Below are positions 36,069-46,237 of a stretch of 64,000 bases of DNA, one piece after another. How positions within the stretch are numbered: the first letter of the stretch is position 1; every line of letters begins with the position of its first letter. The DNA is from Stieleria marina (lineage in GTDB: Bacteria; Planctomycetota; Planctomycetia; Pirellulales; Pirellulaceae). Where the stretch lies: contig NZ_CP036526.1 in NCBI RefSeq assembly GCF_007741555.1, forward strand, positions 6,559,719 through 6,623,718, read 5' to 3'. Below the pieces are notes generated by a model that saw only the letters and a list, made by a program, of their open reading frames with translations, searched no databases and had not been told where the DNA came from. Made by a program: the position numbers and the translations under genes.

Positions 36069-37368
36069 TTATTTCAGCGGCAGACAGATCAGTTCACTGT
36101 CGGTTCTTGCGTAAAGGTGGCCGTCGGCAATTGCGGGGTGCGCCCAGACGACACCGCCTCGGCGATTGAGTTGTTTGCGTGTGGGCTTGATAAATTTCGC
36201 ACGGGAATGGATTTCGATGCCTTGCGGCGAAAGTGTTGCGGACATCAATTCGCCGTTTTCGTTTTGGATGATTTCGCGGCTTCCGTTTTGAATAATGTAG
36301 ACCGTTCCCCAGCGGTTTCGCTTGACCACCGAGAGGTCTTCCCAGACACGGTCGCCCGTTTTGATGTCCAGACAACGAAACTCACCGTAGCTATCAGCAC
36401 CGTAAATGTGATCGCCACGGAATACGGGATTGCTGATCATGCAGTGAAGAGCATCGGTATTCTTTTCGTCGACGCCGACGCGATGCCAGAGTTTTTTTGC
36501 CGCCGGCTTTGTCTTGTCAAACTGAATCAACATGGATCCGTCGTAAAACGACGAAACGAAAAGCAAGTCGTCTTGGACGATCGGCGTCGGCACCCCGATG
36601 GGCATGTTGCGAGGCAGCATCGGAATGCTCCAAAAAACACTGCCGTCGGCTGGATTCAGCCCGGAGACGCTTTCGCCCGTCCAGCACACAACAACGTCTT
36701 GGCCACCTTGCTGGATCACGATCGGTGCGCTGTAGCCTGCTCGTTCGTCCAGCGAATGCCAGCGTTCCTTTCCAGTGGCCACGTCCATTGCGACAACGCA
36801 CGCGTCACCTTTCCCAGCTGCGATTTGAATCACCATGTCTTTGTAGATCAGCGGCGATGCGGTGATCCCCCAAATCGGCATGCGGATCGCGTAATCGGAT
36901 TGCAGATCGCGCTTCCAAATGACTTCGCCCGTCGCTGCGTCTAGGCAGTGAAAGTGCCCCATTGCTCCGACGGCATAAGCACGCCCTGCGTCAACCGTAA
37001 CTGCTGCACGTGGGCCAGCCCGGTAGCTGACCGTGTAGGTCGATTCATATTGGTGCGACCAAATCGCTTTTCCTGTTTCGGCATCAAAACACAAAATGCG
37101 TTCGACTTCCGTTTCGATGTCCGCTGGTCCTCGATCGGTGACGTAGACGCGGCCATCAGCAATCGTGGGTCCGCTGTACCCCGCCCCGATCGCAACGGAC
37201 CATTTTGGAACCGGCTTCTCGGGCAGCGTTTCGATTTGCTCGGCTGCACTCAAAACCGCGTCGCGATGGGAACCTCGCCATTGAGGCCAATCGTCAGCAG
37301 TGGCAAACGTTGTACAAAGAAGAAGGACACAAAGAGTGATCGTTTTACGCGAAAGCACGATAAATAAC
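36069..37368 (-). CDS. PQQ-like beta-propeller repeat protein (BamB-like fold), secreted
   Basis: Repeated PQQ-type blades (..DGRVYVTD.., ..AETGKAIW.., ..AGRAYAVGAMGHFHCLDAATGEVIWK.., ..DGHLYARTD..). A GTG at 37368 gives the signal peptide MLSRKTITLCVLLLCTTFATA and removes a 68-nt overlap with the upstream oxidoreductase. The ATG at 37484 is the alternative. Confidence 0.6.
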
Positions 37369-37416
37369 TTTTGGTAAATGCTAATGGCTGTGGTGAGCGG
37401 CGACTTGAGCAGTCGG

Positions 37417-38769
37417 CTACGAAACGGAGGGATGCACGTAAGGTTTGCGGTATTCGCGTTTGAGCATCGCGGTTGCTTCGTCATCGCCGACGACGGTATG
37501 CGTTGCAGGATCGAATTTAAAGGACCGGCCCAGCTTCAAAGACTGATTGGCCATGATGCATGACGCACTGCTGATGTGTCCTTGCTCGATGTCCGCAACC
37601 GGCTTGCTGCGACTATCGATTGCATCCAAAAAATCTCTCATGTGTCCGCGGATGGCAGATGCAACATGTAACTCAAGGTTCCAATCTTTCTTGTCTTTCG
37701 TGTCCGTTGGATACTTGTCCTCTTCGATCAGTGCTTCCCCATGAAGCTTCTGTCCTCCGCCTCGAGGAATGAAATCATACTTATTGACACTGAGCTTCAA
37801 CGTGCCTTTGTCGCCGTAGATGATGCCTGCCCACGGATACTCGGGATCCGGTGCGGCTCCCCAACTGCGGTGCGTCCAGACCACATCCAGATCGTCAAAG
37901 TCGAAAATGGCTGTCTGGGTGTCAGTGATGTTCGCGATCGAATCGTGGTCAACCATTGTTCCCCCCGTGCTGCTGATTTGCTTTGGCCAACCCAATCCCA
38001 ATTGCCAGCGAACCATGTCCAGCATATGGACGCACATGTCTCCGACGATTCCGTTTCCATATTCCATAAACGCACGCCATGAACGCGGATGGACCAGTTC
38101 GTTGTACGGACGCATCGGGGCGGGGCCGGTCCACATCTCGTAATCCAAATGAGCTGGCGGCGGCGTATTGGGCGGGTTCTTTCGCGAACGCATGTGGTAG
38201 TAGCAACAGATCTCTGCATGAGCGATATCGCCGAGCAGTCCTGCATCCACCACCCGCTTCTTTGCTTCGATCAAATGCGGCGTACTGCGCCGCTGCGTGC
38301 CAACTTGAACGACCCGGCCAGTCGCCCGCGCCGCGTCTAACATGGCCTTGCTCTCCAACACGTCTACGCCCGTCGGTTTTTGCACGTAGACATCCGCCCC
38401 GGATTGGACCGCGGCGATCATCGGCAACGCGTGCCAATGGTCAGGCGTGTCAACCAAAACGATATCTAGATCTTTTTGGGCAAGCATCTCGCGGTAGTCG
38501 CCGTAGGTCTTCGGGCGATTCTTGGAAACTTGGCGTGATGCAACGAGATCGGCGGCCTCGCTTAGCATCTTGGAATCGACATCACACAACGAAACGACTT
38601 CGATTGGTTCGATGTTCATCAACTGCAGCAGGTCACACTTGCCGTACCAACCGCAACCAATCAAGCCGACACGGCGTTTTTTAGATGACGAATCCGCATA
38701 CGCACGGGATGCGATCGCGGCAGTGGATGTGGCGACAGCGGAACTGCAAAGAAATTTTCGGCGATCCAT
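37417..38769 (-). CDS. Gfo/Idh/MocA family oxidoreductase with Tat signal
   Basis: MDRRKFLCSSAVATSTAAIASRAYA is a Tat signal. A Rossmann region (RVGLIGCGWYGK) and an EKP motif (VYVQKPTGVDVLES) follow. Confidence 0.8.
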   Translation of the reverse strand: MDRRKFLCSSAVATSTAAIASRAYADSSSKKRRVGLIGCGWYGKCDLLQLMNIEPIEVVSLCDVDSKMLSEAADLVASRQVSKNRPKTYGDYREMLAQKDLDIVLVDTPDHWHALPMIAAVQSGADVYVQKPTGVDVLESKAMLDAARATGRVVQVGTQRRSTPHLIEAKKRVVDAGLLGDIAHAEICCYYHMRSRKNPPNTPPPAHLDYEMWTGPAPMRPYNELVHPRSWRAFMEYGNGIVGDMCVHMLDMVRWQLGLGWPKQISSTGGTMVDHDSIANITDTQTAIFDFDDLDVVWTHRSWGAAPDPEYPWAGIIYGDKGTLKLSVNKYDFIPRGGGQKLHGEALIEEDKYPTDTKDKKDWNLELHVASAIRGHMRDFLDAIDSRSKPVADIEQGHISSASCIMANQSLKLGRSFKFDPATHTVVGDDEATAMLKREYRKPYVHPSVS

Positions 38770-38985
38770 GACTCAGTGGCTCAAAAAGTAAGTTTGTTCA
38801 AAAGATCTGGCAATTTTTGAATATTGTCGGCGTCAGAGCTGCGCGTAGCAAGCGGCACTGATTACATTCTCACGGTGATCGGTGAGCTCTTAGAGCGGCA
38901 ACAGTACTTTGGCCCATACTGTTGCAGTGAAATCCGATCATGCAGGGGCCAAGTGGGGCCTGAAATACTAAGCAACGCCCCCTTC

Positions 38986-39780
38986 ATGGAATCTGAAGAG
39001 ATGGATCCTGTTCGCGATCACAATCGCAAATCATGGGACTCTTTCGTCGACAAAGGTAATCGATGGACACTCCCAACACCCCCCGAAGCAATTGCCGACG
39101 CACGACGTGGCACATTGAATCTGCTGCTGACGCCCACCAAACCAGTCCCTCAGAATTGGTATCCGGATCTTAAGCAGTTGCCGACTTTGTGTCTGGCTAC
39201 TGGCGGCGGCCAACAAGCACCTCTGCTGGCGGCTGCCGGTGCGATCGTTACGACGATTGACAATTCACCTAAACAGCTGGAACAGGATCGCTTGGTCGCC
39301 GACCGCGAAAACCTGACCATAGCCACGGTCCTGGGTGACATGGCTGACCTGTCGATGTTTGACGACGGCCAATTCGGCTTGGTATTTCACGCCTGTAGCA
39401 ATTGCTTCTCGCAGACGATCCTGCCCGTCTGGAAAGAAGCGTTCCGCGTCTTGCGTCCCGGCGGCATCTTGATGTCCGGATTCAACAACCCGATCCGCTA
39501 CGCGATCGCCGACGCGGACCATGATCGCGGTCATTTGGAGCTAACTCGCAAACTGCCTTGGTCAGACTTAACGGGGCTGAGCGAGTCGGAATTGAAATCG
39601 CAACGCTATGACGTAGACGAGACTCTGGAGTTTGGCCACACGTTGGAAGACCAGATTGGCGGCCAGTTGAACGCCGGATTCGTCCTGACAGACTTCTACG
39701 AAGACCGGTGGTCCGACGAGTCTGATCCGATCTCTGATCTGATGGACACGTTTATCGCCACTCGGGCAATGAAACCCTAG
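38986..39780 (+). CDS. Class I SAM-dependent methyltransferase
   Basis: Methyltransf_11-like motif I (LCLATGGGQQAPLLAAAGAIVTTIDNSPKQL), post I (LGDMADLSMFDDGQFGLVF) and motif III (LRPGGILM). Start at MESEEMD. The upstream in-frame extension uses TTG and has no support. Confidence 0.65.
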   Translation: MESEEMDPVRDHNRKSWDSFVDKGNRWTLPTPPEAIADARRGTLNLLLTPTKPVPQNWYPDLKQLPTLCLATGGGQQAPLLAAAGAIVTTIDNSPKQLEQDRLVADRENLTIATVLGDMADLSMFDDGQFGLVFHACSNCFSQTILPVWKEAFRVLRPGGILMSGFNNPIRYAIADADHDRGHLELTRKLPWSDLTGLSESELKSQRYDVDETLEFGHTLEDQIGGQLNAGFVLTDFYEDRWSDESDPISDLMDTFIATRAMKP

Positions 39781-39838
39781 CGTCACGATGCGAGCCATGT
39801 TTCGCATACCAAACAGTGGCTACGCAACTTGCGAATAC

Positions 39839-40396
39839 TTACTGGGGAAGGGCGTTGGGATCTGCTTCTGTCGGATCCGCATCGCCCTGGCCAGCATTGA
39901 CTTCGACCGCATCGCCGCGCGGTAGAGTTACTGTCTGGCCATCCGACAATTTGACCGTCAATTTTTCCACCGTCCACGTACCCGCGGTCAAAAGAAGCTT
40001 GCCATCAACGCGTGCAGTTCCGTTGGAACCTTTCGCGTTGAAGCCGACCGTGGCATGTCCGTTGCCGTTGTTGTTTTGATAATTTTGCACGCCAACGGTC
40101 GACGTCGACTCGATCGGCGTGCCAAGTTGATTGGCAAGTTCTTCGTCTGACGAAACGTATGCGATCGCTGCGTCAATCGGAGCGTTCAACATTCCCGCGC
40201 CTGCTTTGAAACCAAAGAACGCGAGCCCACCACAGCAAACCAAGCCCGCGGCAAACAGCCCAAGAACTAACGCGACAACAAAGCCGAGGCCCTTCTTCTT
40301 TGCGGGGGGAGAAGGTCGTTCACCAGGACCGCCTTGCTGAACTGGCTGGTTGGGCGAATGACCTTGACGGCTGAAAGGATTGATTTCGTCGGACAT
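39839..40396 (-). CDS. Hypothetical membrane-anchored protein (proline-rich N-terminus, single TM, Asn/Gly-rich extracytoplasmic part)
   Basis: MSDEINPFSRQGHSPNQPVQQGGPGERPSPPAKKK, then TM GLGFVVALVLGLFAAGLVCCGGLAFFGF. No known domain. Confidence 0.4.
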   Translation of the reverse strand: MSDEINPFSRQGHSPNQPVQQGGPGERPSPPAKKKGLGFVVALVLGLFAAGLVCCGGLAFFGFKAGAGMLNAPIDAAIAYVSSDEELANQLGTPIESTSTVGVQNYQNNNGNGHATVGFNAKGSNGTARVDGKLLLTAGTWTVEKLTVKLSDGQTVTLPRGDAVEVNAGQGDADPTEADPNALPQ

Positions 40397-40607
40397 GGGT
40401 GTGGCTGGAACGAGTGATTGATGGAAGACCAAACAATCGTGCCATCTTCCTGATCCGCATGCAAGCCGGAGAAAATTCGACAACTGAAATCATGGCCAGA
40501 CATCGATGTTGACCATCGCTGACATTCCCAAGCCATCTCAACAGCCATCTCAACAGCCAGTCCGGATGCCCATCAAAAAAGGCATCTGACCGAAAATCAC
40601 CCCAGAA

Positions 40608-41663
40608 TTATCGCTGCCGTACATTTACAAATGGCGGACGCCAACTCGGGGCAAGCGAAGCATCGTCAATATTCACGCCTGCTTCACGCTGTCCGCGATT
40701 ATTCAACAACGGGTGATCCGTCATCGAATTCAGTGACTGCAGCGAAACAAACCTTGTGTGCCCATCTTCGTACAGCACGTTGATCCCACGACCACTATGG
40801 CCAATCTGAGTCGAGTCAATATTTCCGTTGACGATCGCCCCCATCGGAGCATCTGACATCACAGCGAAAGTCGCACGCGACTCGAAACGCGGCGCCGTCA
40901 GCCTGTCATGATCAACGACGCCCAAGTTGTACGCATAGTGCCCGCCCGCGACGCGTTGAAGTTCTTTCAATCGGTCCACCGATGTCGAATGCAGGTCCGC
41001 CACGGGAACCAATTCATGGACGCTGGCCAACCGCGCGGCTTCGTCCTGCGGCAAGTCCATCGAAGGGCACCATCGCAGCGATGGATTGTCCAACAATCCC
41101 GCGTCGTGCAATCGAACCGCATAGATACCAGCAAAGGCTTCGGGCCCCTGAGGAGATACCGCAGGCAAATGTTCTTTAGGATTCAGCGTCACAAAAGACG
41201 ACAATGCGATCCCGAATTCGCGAAGCTGATCTTGGCAGGCAATTTTTCGCGATTCGAATCGACCTTGAGCGATTGCAGGCAGCAACAAGCCCAGCAAAAT
41301 CGCCACGGCAACACACCCGCTGACCCAGTCCATCCAACTGCTGGTCGAACGCGGTGAGAGTCCCGATACATTGCCCATCGGTACCAACTGAGCGGGAGAC
41401 TCGATTGTCTGGTCTTCTTCGCTGGACGACAACACAGAATCATCAGCCGTCGGCAGCGGTGGCAAACTAGCCAGAGTCCGTGCGACCAGATCTTCGCTGG
41501 GGCCGGCAGGCGGTTGATAGTCTTCTTCCAGAGGACGCAACGAGGCTTCGATTCGCGCCAGTTCATCGCGGGCCGCAGGATCATCACGCAACAGTTTTGC
41601 CACGCGCCGCATTTCGTGCGGTTCCAGCGCGCCCAGCAGATAACCAAGGAGGTCTTCGTGCAT
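40608..41663 (-). CDS. ECF anti-sigma factor N-terminal domain fused to a DUF1559 (prepilin-like) domain
   Basis: The N-terminus MHEDLLGYLLGALEPHEMRRVAKLLRDDPAARDELARIE matches the anti-sigma (zinc-finger-less) N-domain and is followed by a TM. LLLPAIAQGRFESRKIACQDQLREFGIALSSF and a C-terminal ...HSGRGINVLYEDGHTRFV match DUF1559 N- and C-terminal signatures. Located 150 nt downstream of an ECF sigma gene. Confidence 0.6.
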   Translation of the reverse strand: MHEDLLGYLLGALEPHEMRRVAKLLRDDPAARDELARIEASLRPLEEDYQPPAGPSEDLVARTLASLPPLPTADDSVLSSSEEDQTIESPAQLVPMGNVSGLSPRSTSSWMDWVSGCVAVAILLGLLLPAIAQGRFESRKIACQDQLREFGIALSSFVTLNPKEHLPAVSPQGPEAFAGIYAVRLHDAGLLDNPSLRWCPSMDLPQDEAARLASVHELVPVADLHSTSVDRLKELQRVAGGHYAYNLGVVDHDRLTAPRFESRATFAVMSDAPMGAIVNGNIDSTQIGHSGRGINVLYEDGHTRFVSLQSLNSMTDHPLLNNRGQREAGVNIDDASLAPSWRPPFVNVRQR

Positions 41664-41812
41664 TACCGTCGAAACAGTTGATCGGTCAGAATCGAAGACA
41701 AGCGAAACGTTCGCGATGTCTCTCGTTAGGTACGGCGGCAAGAATTAGAGGGTTCGCGCTTTTGCGAAACAACTGTCGCTCGCTTTGACTAATTGGCCGT
41801 TTGGCCAAAACT

Positions 41813-42460
41813 TCAATCTTCGACTGGCGACTGGTGGGTTTCACCCCAAAGTTGCCCCAGTCGCTGCACGGCTGCGTGAAGTCGGCTTTTGACGGTTCCC
41901 ACTGGGATTTGCAACGCCTCAGCAGCTTCGCGGTATTTCAGCCCCTGATAGTAAACCAAGTGCACGACTTGTTGCATTGACTCGCCAAGCGAACTGACTG
42001 CGTCGTGGACCCAAACACCATTTTCTAACTGAGATGCGGTCACCAGCGGATCCGGAGCGCTGCCAACGATGGTATCACTCCAACTTCCCGATCGCTGATC
42101 GCTGTCCCCCGTCGATGCTCGGTCCAGACTGACCATGCGATGACGTTTGTTGCGGCGCTGAATATCGATAGCTTGGTTTGTCGCCACTGCGTAGAGCCAC
42201 GGACGAAACCGTCGGCCTGCGTCGAACTGCTGACATTTCAAGTGAACTTGCAGGAAGGTGCCCTGAAACGCGTCTTCGGCTAGCTCTGCGTTCCCGATGT
42301 ACCGCCGCAAATAGCTGTAAATCTCGCGTTGGTAACGACTTATCAGCCGTTCGAATAGACCGCGATCGCCCGACTGACGGTATTCCAACAACAGCTCTTC
42401 GTCGGTCACTTCGTCCAAAGCCGGATCGATTTTCTCTGCGGGAGCCGTTTGCGTGGTCAT
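41813..42460 (-). CDS. RNA polymerase sigma-70 factor, ECF subfamily
   Basis: Region 2 (LFERLISRYQREIYSYLRRYIGNAELAEDAFQGTFLQVHLK...FRPWLYAVATNQAIDIQRR) and region 4 (LKYREAAEALQIPVGTVKSRLHAAVQRL). Confidence 0.85.
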   Translation of the reverse strand: MTTQTAPAEKIDPALDEVTDEELLLEYRQSGDRGLFERLISRYQREIYSYLRRYIGNAELAEDAFQGTFLQVHLKCQQFDAGRRFRPWLYAVATNQAIDIQRRNKRHRMVSLDRASTGDSDQRSGSWSDTIVGSAPDPLVTASQLENGVWVHDAVSSLGESMQQVVHLVYYQGLKYREAAEALQIPVGTVKSRLHAAVQRLGQLWGETHQSPVED

Positions 42461-42948
42461 GGATAGTTCCCAGTCGACTAGAGATTAGCGGGGTGAGCGT
42501 CGAGGATCAGCGAAAAGTCGCAGCAGGGTTCGCGGTATTTGAATCGAACCTTCCTGCCGTCGTTCTATCACGCGTCGACAAAGTCGCCAAACCGCCTCTT
42601 GAGACTCCATGAATTGATGAAAATCAACCAAACAATCGCAGGTCAGCAAATCGAGCCAATGTCTCCACCGTGATTTCAGTACGCATTATGATGGAAAGTG
42701 GGTCAGCGGTCAAAGCACAGAATCCTCGTGATAACCTTCACAAAGTCCTGCGACAGTTGGTTCTCCACTCGCTGAACCCACCCATCGCGGGGGCATGCTT
42801 TGGATTTCGGCCGACGATCCTCTTCTGGTTTTCACGCAATCAGCCAGTCCGAATCGAATCGATCGATCTAATTCAAGCCCGCGGTGATTGAGTATAAAAA
42901 GACGCTGTCCATCAAACCACTTCGTCGTAGATCCGAGACATCAATCCC

Positions 42949-44679
42949 GTGAACGAATCATCCAACGGCGAGTTCGATTCATCGCAGGCTTACGGCCTTT
43001 CGGCAGACTCAGAATCGGCGTCCGGCAGTCCCGATGTGTCCGCGCGAGGCGACTACCAATGGATTCAGTCCGGTGACATCAACGCTTTTTTTGGGCTGAT
43101 GCTGGACAACATCGTTGGACTGATGCTGATGGTCAGTTTGCTAGTCGGCTTTGGGTTTCCAAAAGAATTTGCTGTCGGTGCGATGGTACCTGGCACGGCA
43201 CTGGGCGTCATGATCGGCGACCTGGTGTTCTTTTTTCTGGCATTCCGATTGGCCAAGCAAACCGGTCGCTCCGATGTCACGGCAATGCCACTTGGCCTGG
43301 ATACTCCGTCGACGTTTGGCTACACGCTTTTCATTCTGGGGCCATCGTATTTGCAAGGTATCAACGCACTGGGATTGGCTCCGATCGATGCCGCGCATCG
43401 CACCTGGTACATCGGCATTTGGTGCATCGTGATGAGCGGCGTGATCAAACTGGCCTTGGCACCCATGACGGAATGGATTCGCCGCGTGGTCCCTCGTGCT
43501 GGGCTTCTGGGCTCCCTGGCGGCAATTGCATTAGTACTGATTAGCTTTATCCCGCTGACAGACATTCTGGGACATCCGCTGCCTGGAATCTTGGCCTTGG
43601 TCATCGTTCTCACCACCCTGATTGCACGCGTCCCATTGCCCGGACGAACTCCGGGAACTCTGGGCGCACTGATCATTGCTGGCGGTGTTTACTATGCGAT
43701 CTGCGCGGTCGGCGGATTCGGATATGAATTTCCCGTGACACCGACGGTGCAGTGGATGCCCACCAAATGGCTCGAAGCGTGGCAGTTTCAATGGATCGGT
43801 GCCTTTGCAGACGCAGTGCCTTACTTGCCGATTGCTTTGCCATTTGCCATCGGAACAGTTGTCGGCGGCATTGACTGCACCGAAAGCGCTGCGGCGGCGG
43901 GCGATCACTACGACACAAGAACCGTGATTGGCGTCGAAGCGATTGCGACACTTTTAGCGGGACTCTCCGGCGGCGTGATTCAAACAACTCCTTACATCGG
44001 ACATCCCGCTTACAAGGCCATGGGCGGTCGCGCGGCGTACACACTTGGCACGGCATTGTTGGTGGGTTCGGCCGGACTGATCGGCTACTTTGCATTGCTT
44101 GAATCTTGGATTCCTAAGCCGGTCGTGATGCCGATCCTGGTTTTCGTGGGACTCGAAATCACCGCCCAGAGTTTCTTGGCAACGCCCCGGCGACACTACG
44201 CCGCCGTCGCTTTGGCCTGCCTGCCCGCCCTGGCTGTGTTGGCCATGAATATCCCCGGGCGGATGTTTGGCGACGGCGCACTCATGGGAGCAGGCATTGG
44301 CCCTGATTCTCTTGCAAATGACGATCTTCGCGCAAGCATCAAAACGCTGACGATGTTAAGCAGCGGCTTTATCCTGACCAGTCTTCTTTGGGCATGGATG
44401 CTGGCAGCTGCCATCGACCGAAAATTAAAAATGGCAAGCGTCGTTCTGTTCGCTGCAACGTTGCTTACCTTGTTCGGCGTAATGCACTCACCGCTGCCAG
44501 GCAACCAATTATTCCTGCCCTACGGCCCCGAAAGCTGGGGCGATATCGTTATCGACGCTGACAATCGCCCACACGTTTTTGAGTTCGCTGCCGGCTATGC
44601 CATCGCCGCAGTTTTCTTCTTCACTTGGTCGTTCTATCCAGGAACTTACCAAATAAATCATCTAACAAACGAACACTGA
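42949..44679 (+). CDS. Polytopic integral membrane protein, probable permease (possibly NCS2/AzgA-like)
   Basis: 576 aa with more than 10 hydrophobic segments. The family assignment is tentative and I have not matched a signature. Confidence 0.45.
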   Translation: MNESSNGEFDSSQAYGLSADSESASGSPDVSARGDYQWIQSGDINAFFGLMLDNIVGLMLMVSLLVGFGFPKEFAVGAMVPGTALGVMIGDLVFFFLAFRLAKQTGRSDVTAMPLGLDTPSTFGYTLFILGPSYLQGINALGLAPIDAAHRTWYIGIWCIVMSGVIKLALAPMTEWIRRVVPRAGLLGSLAAIALVLISFIPLTDILGHPLPGILALVIVLTTLIARVPLPGRTPGTLGALIIAGGVYYAICAVGGFGYEFPVTPTVQWMPTKWLEAWQFQWIGAFADAVPYLPIALPFAIGTVVGGIDCTESAAAAGDHYDTRTVIGVEAIATLLAGLSGGVIQTTPYIGHPAYKAMGGRAAYTLGTALLVGSAGLIGYFALLESWIPKPVVMPILVFVGLEITAQSFLATPRRHYAAVALACLPALAVLAMNIPGRMFGDGALMGAGIGPDSLANDDLRASIKTLTMLSSGFILTSLLWAWMLAAAIDRKLKMASVVLFAATLLTLFGVMHSPLPGNQLFLPYGPESWGDIVIDADNRPHVFEFAAGYAIAAVFFFTWSFYPGTYQINHLTNEH

Positions 44680-44702
44680 GCTTTGAAAAACAGCCGCAGG
44701 TC

Positions 44703-45656
44703 CTAAGTCACTTGGATCTGACGCGGTTGATTTTCGACGCGGCATTTTTGAATCCGAATTCCGGTCGCCTGCAGCCGCTGCATCAGTTCGTCGGCGGAGC
44801 CGTCCGATTCGCACCAACAAAAAACGCTCGGCCCCCAACTGCTCTGACCGACACCGGTGGCTCCGCTCGATTGCAGCAGATCGACTAGATCAGCGATGGC
44901 CCGACTACTGTATGGCCCTCCTTGCACGCGATCGAACAATAGCCCGCTGTCATGGTTGTAGCGATGAAGAGAATCACAAAACGCTTCAAAATCACAGCTC
45001 AGTGCGGCTGGCAATAATTCCTCGCCAACTGTTTTCTGCAAGCGTTCCCGCTGCGATGCAGGAGCACTACCAAGCCGATCGAACTGATTTTGTTCGTCGG
45101 TTCCGCTAACCGTCGGAGCGGATTCGGTAGGCCGCAACACAAGAACGCGCCATTGATCGGGAAGTTCGGCGCGCTGAACGATTGCATTGAGCGAATGGCC
45201 TTCGTCGGATGATTCGTAAATCATTCCTCCGTGAAAATACCCGTGGCTGCCAACGGCCGATCGTTTCCCACGATCAGCGATCTCGGTCGTTAACAGCTCT
45301 CCGGAAAGATCGGCTCCCAGAAAAACCACCATCGATTCTGCCACAGCCATTGAAAGCTGCGTACCGGTGCCAAGTCCGTGATGCGACGGTGCTCGCTGCA
45401 TGATCTCAATACGGCAAGCTGGGCGTTCGGCTAGGCCAAGCACTTCGCACAGACGATCGGCGATGTCGCTCACACGATTGGTCGAATCAGTGCAAGAAAA
45501 TTGCTCTGCAGCAGTGACGACAACTTCCGTGACCGGACGATCAATCATCACGCCCACACCGCCAAATGGCGACGCGGTATCAACGAGCCCAAAATGCAAA
45601 CGCGATCCAGTAGCGATGCGTACGGTCTTGCCGAAATGATCAGAGGGCGAGGTCAT
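44703..45656 (-). CDS. GHMP-kinase-fold protein resembling beta-ribofuranosylaminobenzene 5'-phosphate (beta-RFAP) synthase (MptG-like, methanopterin biosynthesis)
   Basis: N-terminal ...SRLHFGLVDTASPFGGVGVMID... and a central ...HHGLGTGTQLSMAVAE... (GHMP motif-2-like). ATG at 45656 overlaps the upstream stop by 4 nt (ATGA). Confidence 0.5.
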   Translation of the reverse strand: MTSPSDHFGKTVRIATGSRLHFGLVDTASPFGGVGVMIDRPVTEVVVTAAEQFSCTDSTNRVSDIADRLCEVLGLAERPACRIEIMQRAPSHHGLGTGTQLSMAVAESMVVFLGADLSGELLTTEIADRGKRSAVGSHGYFHGGMIYESSDEGHSLNAIVQRAELPDQWRVLVLRPTESAPTVSGTDEQNQFDRLGSAPASQRERLQKTVGEELLPAALSCDFEAFCDSLHRYNHDSGLLFDRVQGGPYSSRAIADLVDLLQSSGATGVGQSSWGPSVFCWCESDGSADELMQRLQATGIRIQKCRVENQPRQIQVT

Positions 45657-46237
45657 CTTTCGCTGGTTCGCTGGTCTATCGTTTCGCATAAAAACGCAAA
45701 CGCCGCTCGTTCGCTTTCGCCGGCCGTCTTTTCGACCAAAGGTGTCAGCCGAGCGATCTGATCGGCGATTTCGTCCGCAGCAATCAAGTGAGTGCGCGTG
45801 GCCAAAATAGCTGCTTCGATCACGGCATGTTTTGCTCGGTTAAAACCAAAAAACGGTCGTTCGACGCCACTATGGACGATCCGGCAATGCATGTCGATGC
45901 GTGGCTCTTGCCCTGTTTTTGATTCAATTTCAACGGCAAACCACCGATGACAATCGTTCAAAATCCACCAAGCGTCGTTTTGGATACTGCGAACCAAGTC
46001 GCGTGCAGACAGATCATCGATCGCATCGACAGCTGCCTTTGCGAACAGCTGCACATCATCGGTAACGTGAATCACTGCATGATTGGTCGCCTGCAAGTTG
46101 GCATACGTACGAGACGAACTGAACGGACGCAACAGAAACTCGGGGCTCTCCCAATCGCCGGCCACGGTCGGCCCCATCGGAGCGATGTTGATTCGTCCTG
46201 CTAAATCTACGGTCGTAACAATTGATTCCAAAATCAT
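45653..46237 (-). CDS. DUF447-like (FMN-binding split-barrel-like) protein of the kind found in H4MPT-linked gene clusters
   Basis: N-terminus MILESIVTTVDLAGRINIAPMGP... Small, ~194 aa. 4-nt overlaps with both neighbours. Family assignment is moderate. Confidence 0.4.
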   Translation of the reverse strand: MILESIVTTVDLAGRINIAPMGPTVAGDWESPEFLLRPFSSSRTYANLQATNHAVIHVTDDVQLFAKAAVDAIDDLSARDLVRSIQNDAWWILNDCHRWFAVEIESKTGQEPRIDMHCRIVHSGVERPFFGFNRAKHAVIEAAILATRTHLIAADEIADQIARLTPLVEKTAGESERAAFAFLCETIDQRTSER

